Assembly: GCA_041946805.1 (NCBI GenBank) | Contig: JBHGBC010000098.1 | Coordinates: forward strand, 1-21,968 | Direction of reading: 5' to 3' | Length of the DNA: 21,968 bases | Source of the DNA: a bacterium | GTDB taxonomy: Bacteria; Hinthialibacterota; Hinthialibacteria; Hinthialibacterales; Hinthialibacteraceae | Part shown: positions 10,090 through 18,911 of the stretch, one piece after another | Layout: every line of letters starts with the position of its first letter | Numbering within the stretch: the first letter of the stretch is position 1 | The notes under the pieces: generated by a model | What the model was told of the DNA's origin: nothing | Seen by the model: the letters and a program-made list of their open reading frames with translations, nothing else | Database searches by the model: none | Made by a program: the position numbers and the translations under genes

Positions 10090-12009
10090 ATGGATACAGA
10101 AAAACGACTGGCTTTATGCTTCGCGTTGTCCATGCTGATCATCCTGGCGTTCAGCTGGTTTAACGCCCAAAAACTGTCCGAACAACGGAAAGCCCAGGAG
10201 ACGTCCGCTCCCGCCGAAGTCCAGGGGACCGCCGGTGAGATCATTTCCGGAGCCACGGCCGGCGCCACGCCTTTTCCGGAACGGGAGGAGCCGGCGGCGC
10301 GGCCGGGAGAGGCCACCGCGGCGGTTTCATCATGGGGATGGCTTCCCTGGCAGGCGGAGGGGGGAGCCGCTCGGGAGGTGGTCGTCGAAAGCGGCCTGTA
10401 CCGCGTGACGTTCAGCACCCGCGGCGCCGTGCCAGTATCCTGGCAACTGATCCAGTATCCGGAATTGCTTTCCGACCCGCGTTATCTCCGCCTGCAAAGC
10501 ACCCGCGGCCCGGTGTACCTGCAGCAAAAAGCCCAGTTGGAACTAAGCCGCCTCGAAGCGCACGGGGACGGCAAGCCTCATTACGTGGATGCGATCGATC
10601 CCCATTTCGAGCCGGGCGAGGTGGGCCTCGTGATCCGGTGGGGCCGGGCGGGGACGGACGCGTCGTTGCTGTATGACGCGCCGTCGGATCATTACACGGT
10701 CACGGATCCGGCGGGAACCGAAGTGCGGTTCAGCCTGGAATCAAAGGGGGTGAGACTGGAGAAAATCTATCGATTCTATCCCGGGAGTTATCATCTGGAT
10801 TTTGAAATCCGCATCGCCAATCAAAGCGGTCAACCGATACCTTATGATCAGGATGGATTTTATGACGTGGTCTGGTTGGGCGGATTCGGATTTCCTTCTT
10901 TCCGTTGGGATGCCCAAAACAGCATTTATATCCAGCAGGAAGGATCGATTCTCACCGAACCGGCCACGTCCCTGCTGACGGAGTTGCAAAACGCGGGTAC
11001 GCCGTATCTGCGTGAATACGGTCCGGAATCTCCCACTCAGTTGTTGACCGGAAAACCGGCCGGCTGGGCGGGGGTGGGCGAGAAATATTTTCTGGCCGCC
11101 CTGGTTCCCCACACCCCCACGCGTCTGGCGCTGAAGGGGGTCTCATTCCCGAAGAAAAGCGAAGCCCAGGCCATCTACAAGCCGCACGCGGGGGTCCGCA
11201 TGACGATGGCGCCCATTCTGAATGGGGCCGTGTATTCAGACAAATACACTGTGTATGTCGGCTCCATGGACGAAGACAGCCTGGCGAAAGCCCAGGCGGG
11301 ATTGGAGGATGCGCGCCAGATTTTCCTGCGCCGGATCGTCGGCCCCATCGCCAATCTGATGCTGCGGTTTCTGCAGGGACTGTACGCCATCGTCCCCAAC
11401 TACGGGGTGGTGATCATTTTGCTGACCGTGATCATCAAACTGCTGATGCTGCCCATGTATCACAAGCAGATCCGCTCGATGAAAAAAATGCAGGCGTTGC
11501 AGCCCCAGATCAACGACCTCAAAAACCGGTACAAGGACGATCCCCAGAAGCTGCAAAAAGAGCAGATGGAACTGTTCAAAAAGCACAAGGTCAATCCCCT
11601 CTCGGGGTGCCTGATGATGCTTACCACGGTTCCCATATTCATCGCCTTGTACGCCACCTTCGCCATGGCGGTGGAGCTGCGGGGAGCACCGTTCGTCGGC
11701 TGGATTCGCGACTTGTCCGCGCCTGACGGAGCGTTTTTCCTCCCCCTCGGTTCGACCATCTTCACCGTAAACATTCTGCCCATCGCCTATTCGGTGCTGA
11801 TGCTGTGGAGTTCCAGCCAGCAGAAGGTGGAAGGCCCCAATGCGGCGATGATGAAAATCTTCCCCCTGATTTTCGTCTTCTTCTTCTGGTCGATCGCCTC
11901 GGGGGTCATATTGTATTTCGTCATCAGCATTTTCATCGACGTCGTCCAACGCTTAGCAATGGAGAAATTCAGCCCGGATCCGGTTCCCGCGGGCGGGAAA
12001 GACAAATAA
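10090..12009 (+). CDS. yidC: Membrane protein insertase YidC
   Basis: N-terminal TM, large periplasmic domain, NYGVVIILLTVIIKLL, SMKKMQALQP, KVNPLSGCL, ELRGAPFVGWIRDLSAPD and SGVILY motifs. Confidence 0.97.
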   Translation: MDTEKRLALCFALSMLIILAFSWFNAQKLSEQRKAQETSAPAEVQGTAGEIISGATAGATPFPEREEPAARPGEATAAVSSWGWLPWQAEGGAAREVVVESGLYRVTFSTRGAVPVSWQLIQYPELLSDPRYLRLQSTRGPVYLQQKAQLELSRLEAHGDGKPHYVDAIDPHFEPGEVGLVIRWGRAGTDASLLYDAPSDHYTVTDPAGTEVRFSLESKGVRLEKIYRFYPGSYHLDFEIRIANQSGQPIPYDQDGFYDVVWLGGFGFPSFRWDAQNSIYIQQEGSILTEPATSLLTELQNAGTPYLREYGPESPTQLLTGKPAGWAGVGEKYFLAALVPHTPTRLALKGVSFPKKSEAQAIYKPHAGVRMTMAPILNGAVYSDKYTVYVGSMDEDSLAKAQAGLEDARQIFLRRIVGPIANLMLRFLQGLYAIVPNYGVVIILLTVIIKLLMLPMYHKQIRSMKKMQALQPQINDLKNRYKDDPQKLQKEQMELFKKHKVNPLSGCLMMLTTVPIFIALYATFAMAVELRGAPFVGWIRDLSAPDGAFFLPLGSTIFTVNILPIAYSVLMLWSSSQQKVEGPNAAMMKIFPLIFVFFFWSIASGVILYFVISIFIDVVQRLAMEKFSPDPVPAGGKDK

Positions 12010-12141
12010 ACACCCCTTTCGCGGCGTTTTCCCGCGACTGAACGTTACCCGGCCGCCCGCCACGATCCCCTCCGCCGCCATCACGCGGCGCGGGCACGGC
12101 CGGGCGCCTGGACCGCATCCGGGTCAGATGGAGGAAACCCT

Positions 12142-12978
12142 ATGAAAGAAGTGATCGGTAAAGGCAAATCATTGGACCTGGCGACCGAGGACGCCTTAAA
12201 ACAACTCAACGCGGAACGGCAGGAGGTGGAAGTGGAACCCCTGGCGACCGGCTCGCGCGGCTTTTTGGGCATCGGCGCCCGGCCGGCCCAGGTGCGGGTG
12301 ACCTTGCGCCCGGACAACCGCATCCGCACTAACGTGTTCCTGCGCAACATCCTCGGGCACATGGGCATCACCACTTCCGTGCAAATCCAGGAGGAGGGCG
12401 AGACCATCACCATCACCCTGGGCGAGGAGGCGGCCACGCTCATTGGCCATCGCGGCCAGACGCTGGATTCCCTGCAATACCTGATCGCCCGGTACCTCAA
12501 CGAAGACAAGGAAGAATGGCGTAAGGTGGTGGTGGACATCGACAACTACCGCGACCGGCGGGAAGAGAACCTCAAGGCCATGGCCGAGCGCATGGCCGAG
12601 CAGGTCATCCGCAGCAAGCGGGACCTGCGGACCGAACCACTCACCGCGCCCGAACGGCGGATCATTCACATGACGCTGAAGGAAAACGCCGCCGTAACCA
12701 CGTTCAGCGTGGGCGAGGGAATGCGCAAGCGAGTGGTCATCACTTCCGCCGAGAAGTCGTCCGAATCGCCGCGCCGGTACAATCCACGCCGGGGCGGGCG
12801 GGGTGGCGGTCAGTCGGGCGAACGGCGTCCGGGAGGCGGGCGCGGGCCGGGGGGCGGTGGACGCCGGAGCGGCCAGCCCGAGGGACGAAGCAATTCCGTC
12901 AACCGCCGGGGCGGACGGAGCCGCCGGGGTGGAGGCGAGGGCCGCCGTTCCGAGCCAAGGCCGCAGAGCGAGGCTTAG
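12142..12978 (+). CDS. jag: RNA-binding protein Jag/EloR/KhpB (Jag_N, KH, R3H) with an R/G-rich tail
   Basis: GKSLDLA...GFLGIG (Jag_N), LIGHRGQTLDSLQYL (KH GxxG), ERRIIH (R3H); follows yidC. Confidence 0.94.
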   Translation: MKEVIGKGKSLDLATEDALKQLNAERQEVEVEPLATGSRGFLGIGARPAQVRVTLRPDNRIRTNVFLRNILGHMGITTSVQIQEEGETITITLGEEAATLIGHRGQTLDSLQYLIARYLNEDKEEWRKVVVDIDNYRDRREENLKAMAERMAEQVIRSKRDLRTEPLTAPERRIIHMTLKENAAVTTFSVGEGMRKRVVITSAEKSSESPRRYNPRRGGRGGGQSGERRPGGGRGPGGGGRRSGQPEGRSNSVNRRGGRSRRGGGEGRRSEPRPQSEA

Positions 12979-13008
12979 CCGGCCGGGAATCGTAGCAACT
13001 TTCCGTAT

Positions 13009-13051
13009 TCCGGGCGCGGGATGAGGTCCTGTACCGCGCCCGGATTTTTTT
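13009..13051 (+). terminator. Rho-independent terminator of the rpmH-jag operon
   Basis: TCCGGGCGCGG (13009-13019) pairs with CCGCGCCCGGA (13034-13044), followed by T7. Confidence 0.85.
13034..13050 (+). repeat. 17-bp direct repeat, left copy (CCGCGCCCGGATTTTTT)
   Basis: Identical to 13962-13978; the two copies bracket the PIN toxin-antitoxin pair. Confidence 0.8.
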
Positions 13052-13134
13052 CTTTCCTTACCTGCAACAACACTATATAGTATTACTGGGGGGTGATTGC
13101 TGAAACAAGGAAATGGAAGGCTGGAGGTTTTCTC

Positions 13135-13395
13135 ATGGTACCGGAACTTACGATTCAGGAAAAATTGGATTATTTAGTCAAAACGACCGGCCTGGGGACG
13201 AGGGATGTAATCGCGGATGCATTGGAACAAGGTATAACTGAACTCTACCGGCGTCAGATCAAATCCGCCTATTTGAATGATGCCATTAACCGCAACGAAG
13301 CCCTGGACCGGCTGGGGGAGGAATTCGTGGCCGAGATCGATTACGCACGGGAATCCATAAAACGCGACGTACTTTGGGGGCTGCGGCGTGAATAA
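13135..13395 (+). CDS. Small helical protein, putative antitoxin of the downstream PIN gene
   Basis: GGAGG RBS before ATG 13135; 86 aa; overlaps the start of the PIN gene by 8 nt; near-palindrome AACACTATATAGTATT at 13069-13084 upstream. Confidence 0.65.
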   Translation: MVPELTIQEKLDYLVKTTGLGTRDVIADALEQGITELYRRQIKSAYLNDAINRNEALDRLGEEFVAEIDYARESIKRDVLWGLRRE

Positions 13396-13890
13396 TGTGG
13401 CCTTAGCTGATACAGGACCCTTGCTTCATCTGGTGGAAATTCAACAAGAGTCATTACTTTCCATTTTTCCGATCGTGTACGTCACAACGGAAATCGAAGC
13501 GGAACTGCTCCGCCTCGGTGTGCTCGCGCTGATTCGGAAAGTACTCTCCTCCAATCTGCATATTATGCAATTGGCTTCTCATGTCCTCCCTGTACATTCC
13601 CAAGAAGGAAATACAATGCGATTACCACCGGCGGATCGGAGTGTGATAATTCTGGCAAACCAAATCAAACCAGATATCCTTTTATGCGATGATCTGTTTC
13701 TCCGGCGTATTTGGAAACCATAGGTTATCAGGCAACCGGTAGTGTAGGGATTTTGATACGAGCCTTCCAGATGCAATCTATTTCCAAACCAGAACTTCAG
13801 ACACACCTGAACCGTCTTTTTAATGTCAGCAGTCTGTATCTCAGCCGGGAGTTTTTCACATACGTGTGCGGCATGGTGGAGAATCTGTGA
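13388..13890 (+). pseudogene. PIN-domain (DUF3368/COG2405-like) nuclease, frameshifted near 13709
   Basis: ALADTGPLLHL, ADRSVIILA and LLCDDLFLRR in the first frame (stop 13723). The expected C-terminus LETIGYQATGSVGILIRAFQ...SLYLSREFF...VENL* continues in another frame to TGA 13890. Confidence 0.8.
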
Positions 13891-13961
13891 GAATACAGTA
13901 TTGTCTTAAATTCACCAATTTTTATTGCTGCTGTATGAATTCGGTGATGTCTCAGGCGGTT

Positions 13962-13978
13962 CCGCGCCCGGATTTTTT
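13962..13978 (+). repeat. 17-bp direct repeat, right copy
   Basis: CCGCGCCCGGATTTTTT; this copy lacks the upstream complementary arm present at the left copy. Confidence 0.8.
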
Positions 13979-14114
13979 ATGGCGGAGCGGAATCCGCGTC
14001 TCGCGGGAATACCGTTTTCCCGGCCCGATGCCCCCCGTGGGTTCTGAAAACTACTTCCTTTGGGACGCGCAGGCGTAGTACAATTAGAATGGACAAGAGG
14101 GGGAGATCGCGATC

Positions 14115-14429
14115 ATGCTCATGCTCATTGTTCTTGTCTTTGTCCATGTGAAGCCGGATTGTATCGAATCCTTCAAATCCGCCAGCATCGAAAACGCGCG
14201 GAACAGCCTTCGCGAAGCGGGGATTGCCCGGTTCGATGTGATCCAGCAATCCGATGATCCCGCCCGGTTTGTGCTCGTGGAGGTCTACCGCGATCCGGAC
14301 GCGCCCGCCCGGCATAAGGCATCCGCCCATTACCAGGTCTGGCGGGATGCCGTGGAACCGATGATGGCGGAGCCTCGCCAGAGCGTAAAGTTCCAGCCGG
14401 TTTTTCCCGATGATGAGGGGTGGAAATAA
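14115..14429 (+). CDS. Antibiotic biosynthesis monooxygenase (ABM; LsrG/YgiN-like) family protein
   Basis: VHVKP...[22 protein letters not shown] and [14 protein letters not shown] motifs; GAGGGGGAG RBS. Confidence 0.88.
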   Translation: MLMLIVLVFVHVKPDCIESFKSASIENARNSLREAGIARFDVIQQSDDPARFVLVEVYRDPDAPARHKASAHYQVWRDAVEPMMAEPRQSVKFQPVFPDDEGWK

Positions 14430-14480
14430 GAGTGCGGCCGGTATAGCCGGCGGAGTGGGGCGTCCCGTGAGCGGGGAGGA

Positions 14481-14537
14481 AGAAGTGACGTCATTTCTCT
14501 ATTCCCATTGACAAATCAAATTTTAATTTGCCATAAT
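14481..14537 (+). promoter_or_regulatory. Sigma70 promoter with two operator-like palindromes
   Basis: TTGACA (14508-14513), 18 nt spacer, TG-c-CATAAT (-10 at 14532-14537); palindromes AGAAGTGACGTCATTTCT (14481-14498) and CAAATCAAA-T-TTTAATTTG (14512-14530). Confidence 0.55.
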
Positions 14538-14626
14538 AAATGCGATTGAGGTCAGCCATGGAATTCCTGGGGCGGTTCGGTTGACGAAACCGATCTTAGG
14601 GCACGGAGTATAACAAGGAGCGGCCG

Positions 14627-15577
14627 ATGGGTTTGGAATCATCCTTTCAGGAATCCTTGCAAAAAACCCTCTTCTCCGAGTACGTCCGTAAACATCCCGA
14701 TGTGGACCAGGACCAACTGGCCGCCCGGTATGTCAACGGCCGGATCGCGATCGACACCATCGCCAACATTTTCCAAGACGCGCAGGTGCGGCGCAAATTC
14801 GTCGAAGTCCAGAAATCCCAAAAAAAGGTGTTCGCGCAGCATCTGGAGGAATTTCTCTGTGTGGACGAAAATGAGCGGCACGCGGCCTGCTTGAAGTCGG
14901 TCAAACATTCCAGCCGGATCATTGATTATTTGTTCCAATCCCGCTATGCCGGATTCGATCTGATCAAAAAAACGGAGCACTTGACCTACTTACGGAAAAA
15001 GGAGCGGATTTGCGTTACCAACGCCAAGGACATCATCGAAAGCAAACGGAAACTGGCGAATCTCGTGGAGTGCCAGGACCGCAAAACGTCGTTGATCCAA
15101 ACCCTGATCGGAGAATATCTGGAGGCGTCGCTCAACCAGCTCAAGAGCCAGGTCTCGGTTCTGGAGCGTGAGATCGATCTGGGAAATCAATATTCGAATT
15201 ATGTAAAGAAATTTCTGCAGGACAACATGGAGAATCTCTCCCATCACCTGGAACCGAAATACGTCAAGGCGATCGCCAAGATTCATGCCATCTTGGCGCA
15301 GAAGGAGATCGACATCCTGAATATCGCCAAGATCACCCCCGGCCAGTTGAACGAGACGTTGAACCAGTTCACCAGTCAGTTGGATGACAAATTCGAAAAA
15401 CTGGACGCGCTCAAAAACGTCATCACCATCGTGGAATCGGTGGTGGAAAAAATTCGGCAGAAACAAGCCGCCGTTCCGGAAGATCGATCTTCCAAAGAAG
15501 ACGCGCCGGAATCGGGTGAACGCGGACGCCGGATGGTCTTCGCCACCAAGATCCTCCACAAATTCAAGTCCCGCTGA
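14627..15577 (+). CDS. Hypothetical cytoplasmic protein, alpha-helical/coiled-coil
   Basis: AAGGAG RBS; 316 aa rich in K/E/Q/L with heptad-like stretches; codon usage like the core genes; no family recognised. Confidence 0.8.
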   Translation: MGLESSFQESLQKTLFSEYVRKHPDVDQDQLAARYVNGRIAIDTIANIFQDAQVRRKFVEVQKSQKKVFAQHLEEFLCVDENERHAACLKSVKHSSRIIDYLFQSRYAGFDLIKKTEHLTYLRKKERICVTNAKDIIESKRKLANLVECQDRKTSLIQTLIGEYLEASLNQLKSQVSVLEREIDLGNQYSNYVKKFLQDNMENLSHHLEPKYVKAIAKIHAILAQKEIDILNIAKITPGQLNETLNQFTSQLDDKFEKLDALKNVITIVESVVEKIRQKQAAVPEDRSSKEDAPESGERGRRMVFATKILHKFKSR

Positions 15578-15611
15578 GTGGTTGCGGCTCGCGAGGTCCT
15601 TCTCCCCCGGC

Positions 15612-15839
15612 GCGCGGGGTGAAATGAATGAGGATAGTGATTTGGATTTATTAGTGATCATGCCGGATGGAACCCATCGGCGAAGAACGGCAGGAACCTT
15701 GTATATGAAATTATCGGATGTCCCTGTACCTATTGATTTTACCGTGTCCACAGAATCAGACTTGCGAAAACATGGGGAGAATTAAAGCCTGATTTATTAT
15801 CCCGCCCTGAGAGAGGGAATAGAGATTTATGCGACCTAA
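15612..15839 (+). pseudogene. Minimal nucleotidyltransferase (MNT) antitoxin remnant
   Basis: ARGEMNEDSDLDLLVIM...VPIDFTVST.SDLRKHGEN*SLIYYPALREGIEIYAT*. The N-terminal LFGS part is missing and there is an internal TAA at 15783-15785. Confidence 0.75.
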
Positions 15840-15912
15840 TTTTGGAAGTCCGGAACACGGGTTACTTTATGCCAAAAGCGACTTGGCTATGGCCAGTCCA
15901 CCCCATTCATGA
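15829..15912 (+). pseudogene. N-terminal fragment of a HEPN-domain gene
   Basis: MRPNFGSPEHGLLYAKSDLAMASPPHS* overlaps the MNT stop and resembles the HEPN N-terminal helix (WLxxAxxDLxxA); truncated next to the convergent GH89 stop. Confidence 0.55.
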
Positions 15913-15931
15913 TTCTCCATTCTCTTCGCTT

Positions 15932-18142
15932 CTATTTCCAAATTTTCCCGTGATACTTCTCGAACATATTCCGGGCGATCGCCACGGTGTCGCCTTTGGG
16001 GGCGGCGGGATAGGCCTCGGTTTTCCGGGTCCATTGTTCCTCCAGCCGCTGTAAATCATCGAGGAGCGCTGCTTCATCCAGCGGCTTGTCTTCCAGTAAG
16101 GATTGACGCAGCCGGTCGAAGAACAATTGCCAGCTGGGCCAGTATAATTCGGTCAGCAGGCCGGACCATTCCTTGCCGGCGTAATCGTGAATACTGGATT
16201 TCCGGTCTCCCCATGAAGTGAGGATATTGCGGGCGTTCCATTCGAAAAGGCGCTTTTCCGTGTCGTTCGCTCCCCAGCGTTTGGCGTCTTCCAGCCACGC
16301 GCCCAGCAGGAATTCCGGCCGGGAGGCCAGCAGTTGATCCAGGTCACGGATCAGGTCCACCCATTCGCGCGATGCGGACTCCAGGGCTTTGGAATCCTTG
16401 GCCTGATAGGCGGCCATGATTTTCGCGTGCAGTCCCCGGGTGAGGTTGGCGAGCGCCTGCCGGGTGACATTCGCCAGATCGTAGCGATACGTGTCAACAG
16501 CGCCTAACGCATCGGCGCATTGGAGCAAATGTTCCCAGGCCTGTTCAAACGAAGCCCGGTCGTAAGGCCAGTCCGGGTTCGACTCCCTGCCGAGGCTGGG
16601 GCGGGTGATCAGGAGAGAGTTGCCAAATGTCCCGCTATAGGCAGTTTTCAATAACAATTGCCATGCTTCCCGGGCTTCTGGAACCGGGCGGCCGTAGCGG
16701 CGAATCGCGTATTGGCTGATCCACTCATCCAGGTTGACCGGCCCGGAGCGCCAGATCATTTCGGACATCAGATCGAAGACCACGGGATTGTAATCCAATC
16801 CCTCGTGGATGATCCCGATGCCCGACAACCTTCCGTGTTGGGGATCCTTCATCGCGGCCCAGAGATCGTCGTTGATCTTGGCCAGCGGGCCGCTCAGGCG
16901 AACGGTATTCCCGAAGCTGGGCAGGATACACCAAACCCAGGGCTTGCCGTAAAAGGCTTCCGTCTGGTTCCAGACCGGCGCGACATCGCAAAAAAGGTCG
17001 AGCAGGATCATGCGGTCGTTGGGCACGCCGCCCAGAAACGCCCGGGATTGCGGAGGCTGCCAGAACTTGGCGTTGTTATAGAAGATCCATCCCTGCATCA
17101 CCCAAAGGGCTTGCGGATCGGCCGCGGTCATGGTCTCGGACAACGAGCGGCCCATGTCGCGCAGGAAGGCAGGATCGTTGCTGGGCGGCGACATTTCGAT
17201 GAAGGTGTCCGCCGCGTAGAGATGATCGGTCCCCAGTTCCCGGTTCTGGATGTCCAGATAGAGTTTCCCCACGCGTTGAAACAATGGGTCAAGAGGATCC
17301 ACAAAAAAGGTCTCCCACTCGATCCAGCGGATTGAGTGCAGTTTGGCATCGGGGAATTTTTTCTGGACCGCTGGGGGGACATGGCCGGTGAAGCCCTGCA
17401 GCACCGGGGTCATGCCCAGTTCCCGTTCGCGCGCCAGGATCTTCTTCTGCAGATCCAGGTGCGCGTCGATCCAGCCTTGGGGCAGGGGGCCTCCCCACCC
17501 ATCCAGGCATCCCATCCAGCCGAAGGGCAGGTAGGGAGGACCGGCCAGGAATTCGGTGACGGCTTTCCCGGATAGGCCCAGTTCGCTGAGCACTTTTTGC
17601 CAGATGGCCTCCTGCCCGGTCACCGCCAGGGGCATGTTGTATCCGTTCAGCGCCAGCCAGTCGATCATCCGTTCCCACTGCGCCCAGTCCCACCAAGGCA
17701 AGGAATAACCGAAGCAGCAATAGTTGAAAAAGTAGCGGTACTGGTGCGGGGTAACCTGGCGGATTTTGTTTTCCACCACGGGTAACTGATCAGGCAGGTT
17801 GATTTGCATGCCGTTCCAAGTCACATCGGCGTGGCCGTAGTTTTTCAAGTACCAGTTCAGCGCCGAGCAAATTGCCACGCCGTTTGTTCCACGCAATACG
17901 ATCCGGCCGTCCCGGCTTTCGATTTCGAACGCGTCCCGCCCGTTGTCCGGGGGAATCGCCTCGAACACGAATTGTCCGGCTTTTTCGGGGATGAGCCGCG
18001 CGAGCACGCCCTGGGCCGCCTGGATGGAGGCGGCCGCGGACGGATTCGAGGCGGCCGCGCCCAGGGATGGGGCGGGGCTAAAAATCAATCCGGCGGTAAG
18101 AAGAAAGCCAACGAGCCGAATGGAAATTGATATGTGGATCAT
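15932..18142 (-). CDS. Secreted alpha-N-acetylglucosaminidase (GH89, NAGLU family)
   Basis: YRYFFNYCCFGYS, WERMIDWLALNGYNMPLA, WMGCLDGWGGPLP, RELGMTPVLQGFTGHVP, DTFIE and IHEG (positions of the two catalytic Glu), HDYAGKEWSGL. ATG 18142 has a GGAG RBS and gives a signal peptide; the 18418 start in the track looks over-extended. Confidence 0.93.
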   Translation of the reverse strand: MIHISISIRLVGFLLTAGLIFSPAPSLGAAASNPSAAASIQAAQGVLARLIPEKAGQFVFEAIPPDNGRDAFEIESRDGRIVLRGTNGVAICSALNWYLKNYGHADVTWNGMQINLPDQLPVVENKIRQVTPHQYRYFFNYCCFGYSLPWWDWAQWERMIDWLALNGYNMPLAVTGQEAIWQKVLSELGLSGKAVTEFLAGPPYLPFGWMGCLDGWGGPLPQGWIDAHLDLQKKILARERELGMTPVLQGFTGHVPPAVQKKFPDAKLHSIRWIEWETFFVDPLDPLFQRVGKLYLDIQNRELGTDHLYAADTFIEMSPPSNDPAFLRDMGRSLSETMTAADPQALWVMQGWIFYNNAKFWQPPQSRAFLGGVPNDRMILLDLFCDVAPVWNQTEAFYGKPWVWCILPSFGNTVRLSGPLAKINDDLWAAMKDPQHGRLSGIGIIHEGLDYNPVVFDLMSEMIWRSGPVNLDEWISQYAIRRYGRPVPEAREAWQLLLKTAYSGTFGNSLLITRPSLGRESNPDWPYDRASFEQAWEHLLQCADALGAVDTYRYDLANVTRQALANLTRGLHAKIMAAYQAKDSKALESASREWVDLIRDLDQLLASRPEFLLGAWLEDAKRWGANDTEKRLFEWNARNILTSWGDRKSSIHDYAGKEWSGLLTELYWPSWQLFFDRLRQSLLEDKPLDEAALLDDLQRLEEQWTRKTEAYPAAPKGDTVAIARNMFEKYHGKIWK

Positions 18143-18217
18143 GACCGGTCTCCAGGATCGAGGATGATCGTTCATCTTACGAAATCGCGCAGGAGAGTGG
18201 AACGGGAGTAGACTCGG

Positions 18218-18400
18218 ATGGCTGCTTTCATCAATTCCGGCGCCGGTTGGGATTTGTCCTGTATAACTCCCATTTGGTTCCGGCTGGTGACCTGGCAGTT
18301 CCTGTTTCTCCAGGTGGCTGGGGATGACGTTTATGTGGCGGATGGCCTGAAGGCGGCCAAAGAGGGCCGGAAGAGGCCGGGTGTGAAAAAACTGCACCAG
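18218..18400 (+). mobile_element. Short remnant of a DDE transposase (IS701/IS4-superfamily-like)
   Basis: WDLSCITPIWFRLV...VAGDDVYVADGLKAAKEGRKRPGVKKLHQ matches a DG.K..KEG+KMP.VK.LHQ transposase segment recalled from memory; no IS ends seen. Confidence 0.55.
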
Positions 18401-18654
18401 CCGCCCGCGAACCACCATCCCGTCTTTTCACGTTCCCCCCTCTTTTGCCCGGCCATCCAGGCTTGAACTGCCCGTTGCGCCACTACCGTCCGGACTACAA
18501 ATCTTACAAATGACATAAAGAGGCCAAGTCTAAGTCTTTATAGATATGCGCTCTATGGATTGATATATGAATAATAATGATAGATTATGTAATGTATAAT
18601 CTATTTTGTTGCAGATATACTGTAACTTTTTTTCACTTATTCTCATTTTTCCTA

Positions 18655-18684
18655 TTGACAAGACCGGTAAACCAGTGCTAATAT
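18655..18684 (+). promoter_or_regulatory. Candidate sigma70 promoter in a very AT-rich intergenic tract (~18530-18780)
   Basis: TTGACA, 18 nt spacer, TG-c-TAATAT. Confidence 0.45.
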
Positions 18685-18911
18685 TGGCTTTATTTAATTT
18701 CGTATATTTAAATAATTTTTGTTTATAATTATTATATACAAAGTCATATTTACAGACGAGCGTTGGATTGAATGTTTTAGTGAGTCACCGATGATTGATG
18801 AATTTCTTCGTTTGTTGATACGTTAACGAGACTTCGTATCACTCCGTCTTTCCCTGTTATCCGTATCTTGCACTGCTTTCCTATGGGTTGATGGCGAGTA
18901 GGGATGTTCCA

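Noticed and set aside
9444..10163. 239-aa ORF overlapping rnpA, yidD and yidC
   Set aside because: Alternate-frame artefact of GC-rich DNA over three well-supported genes.
15384..15785. 133-aa ORF as an intact nucleotidyltransferase
   Set aside because: Its first ~75 codons are an off-frame reading of the upstream gene and spacer; only the 3' part is MNT-like and the GS motif is missing.
18143..18418. N-terminal extension of the GH89 ORF given in the track
   Set aside because: The signal peptide and RBS point to ATG 18142; the extension overlaps a transposase remnant on the other strand.
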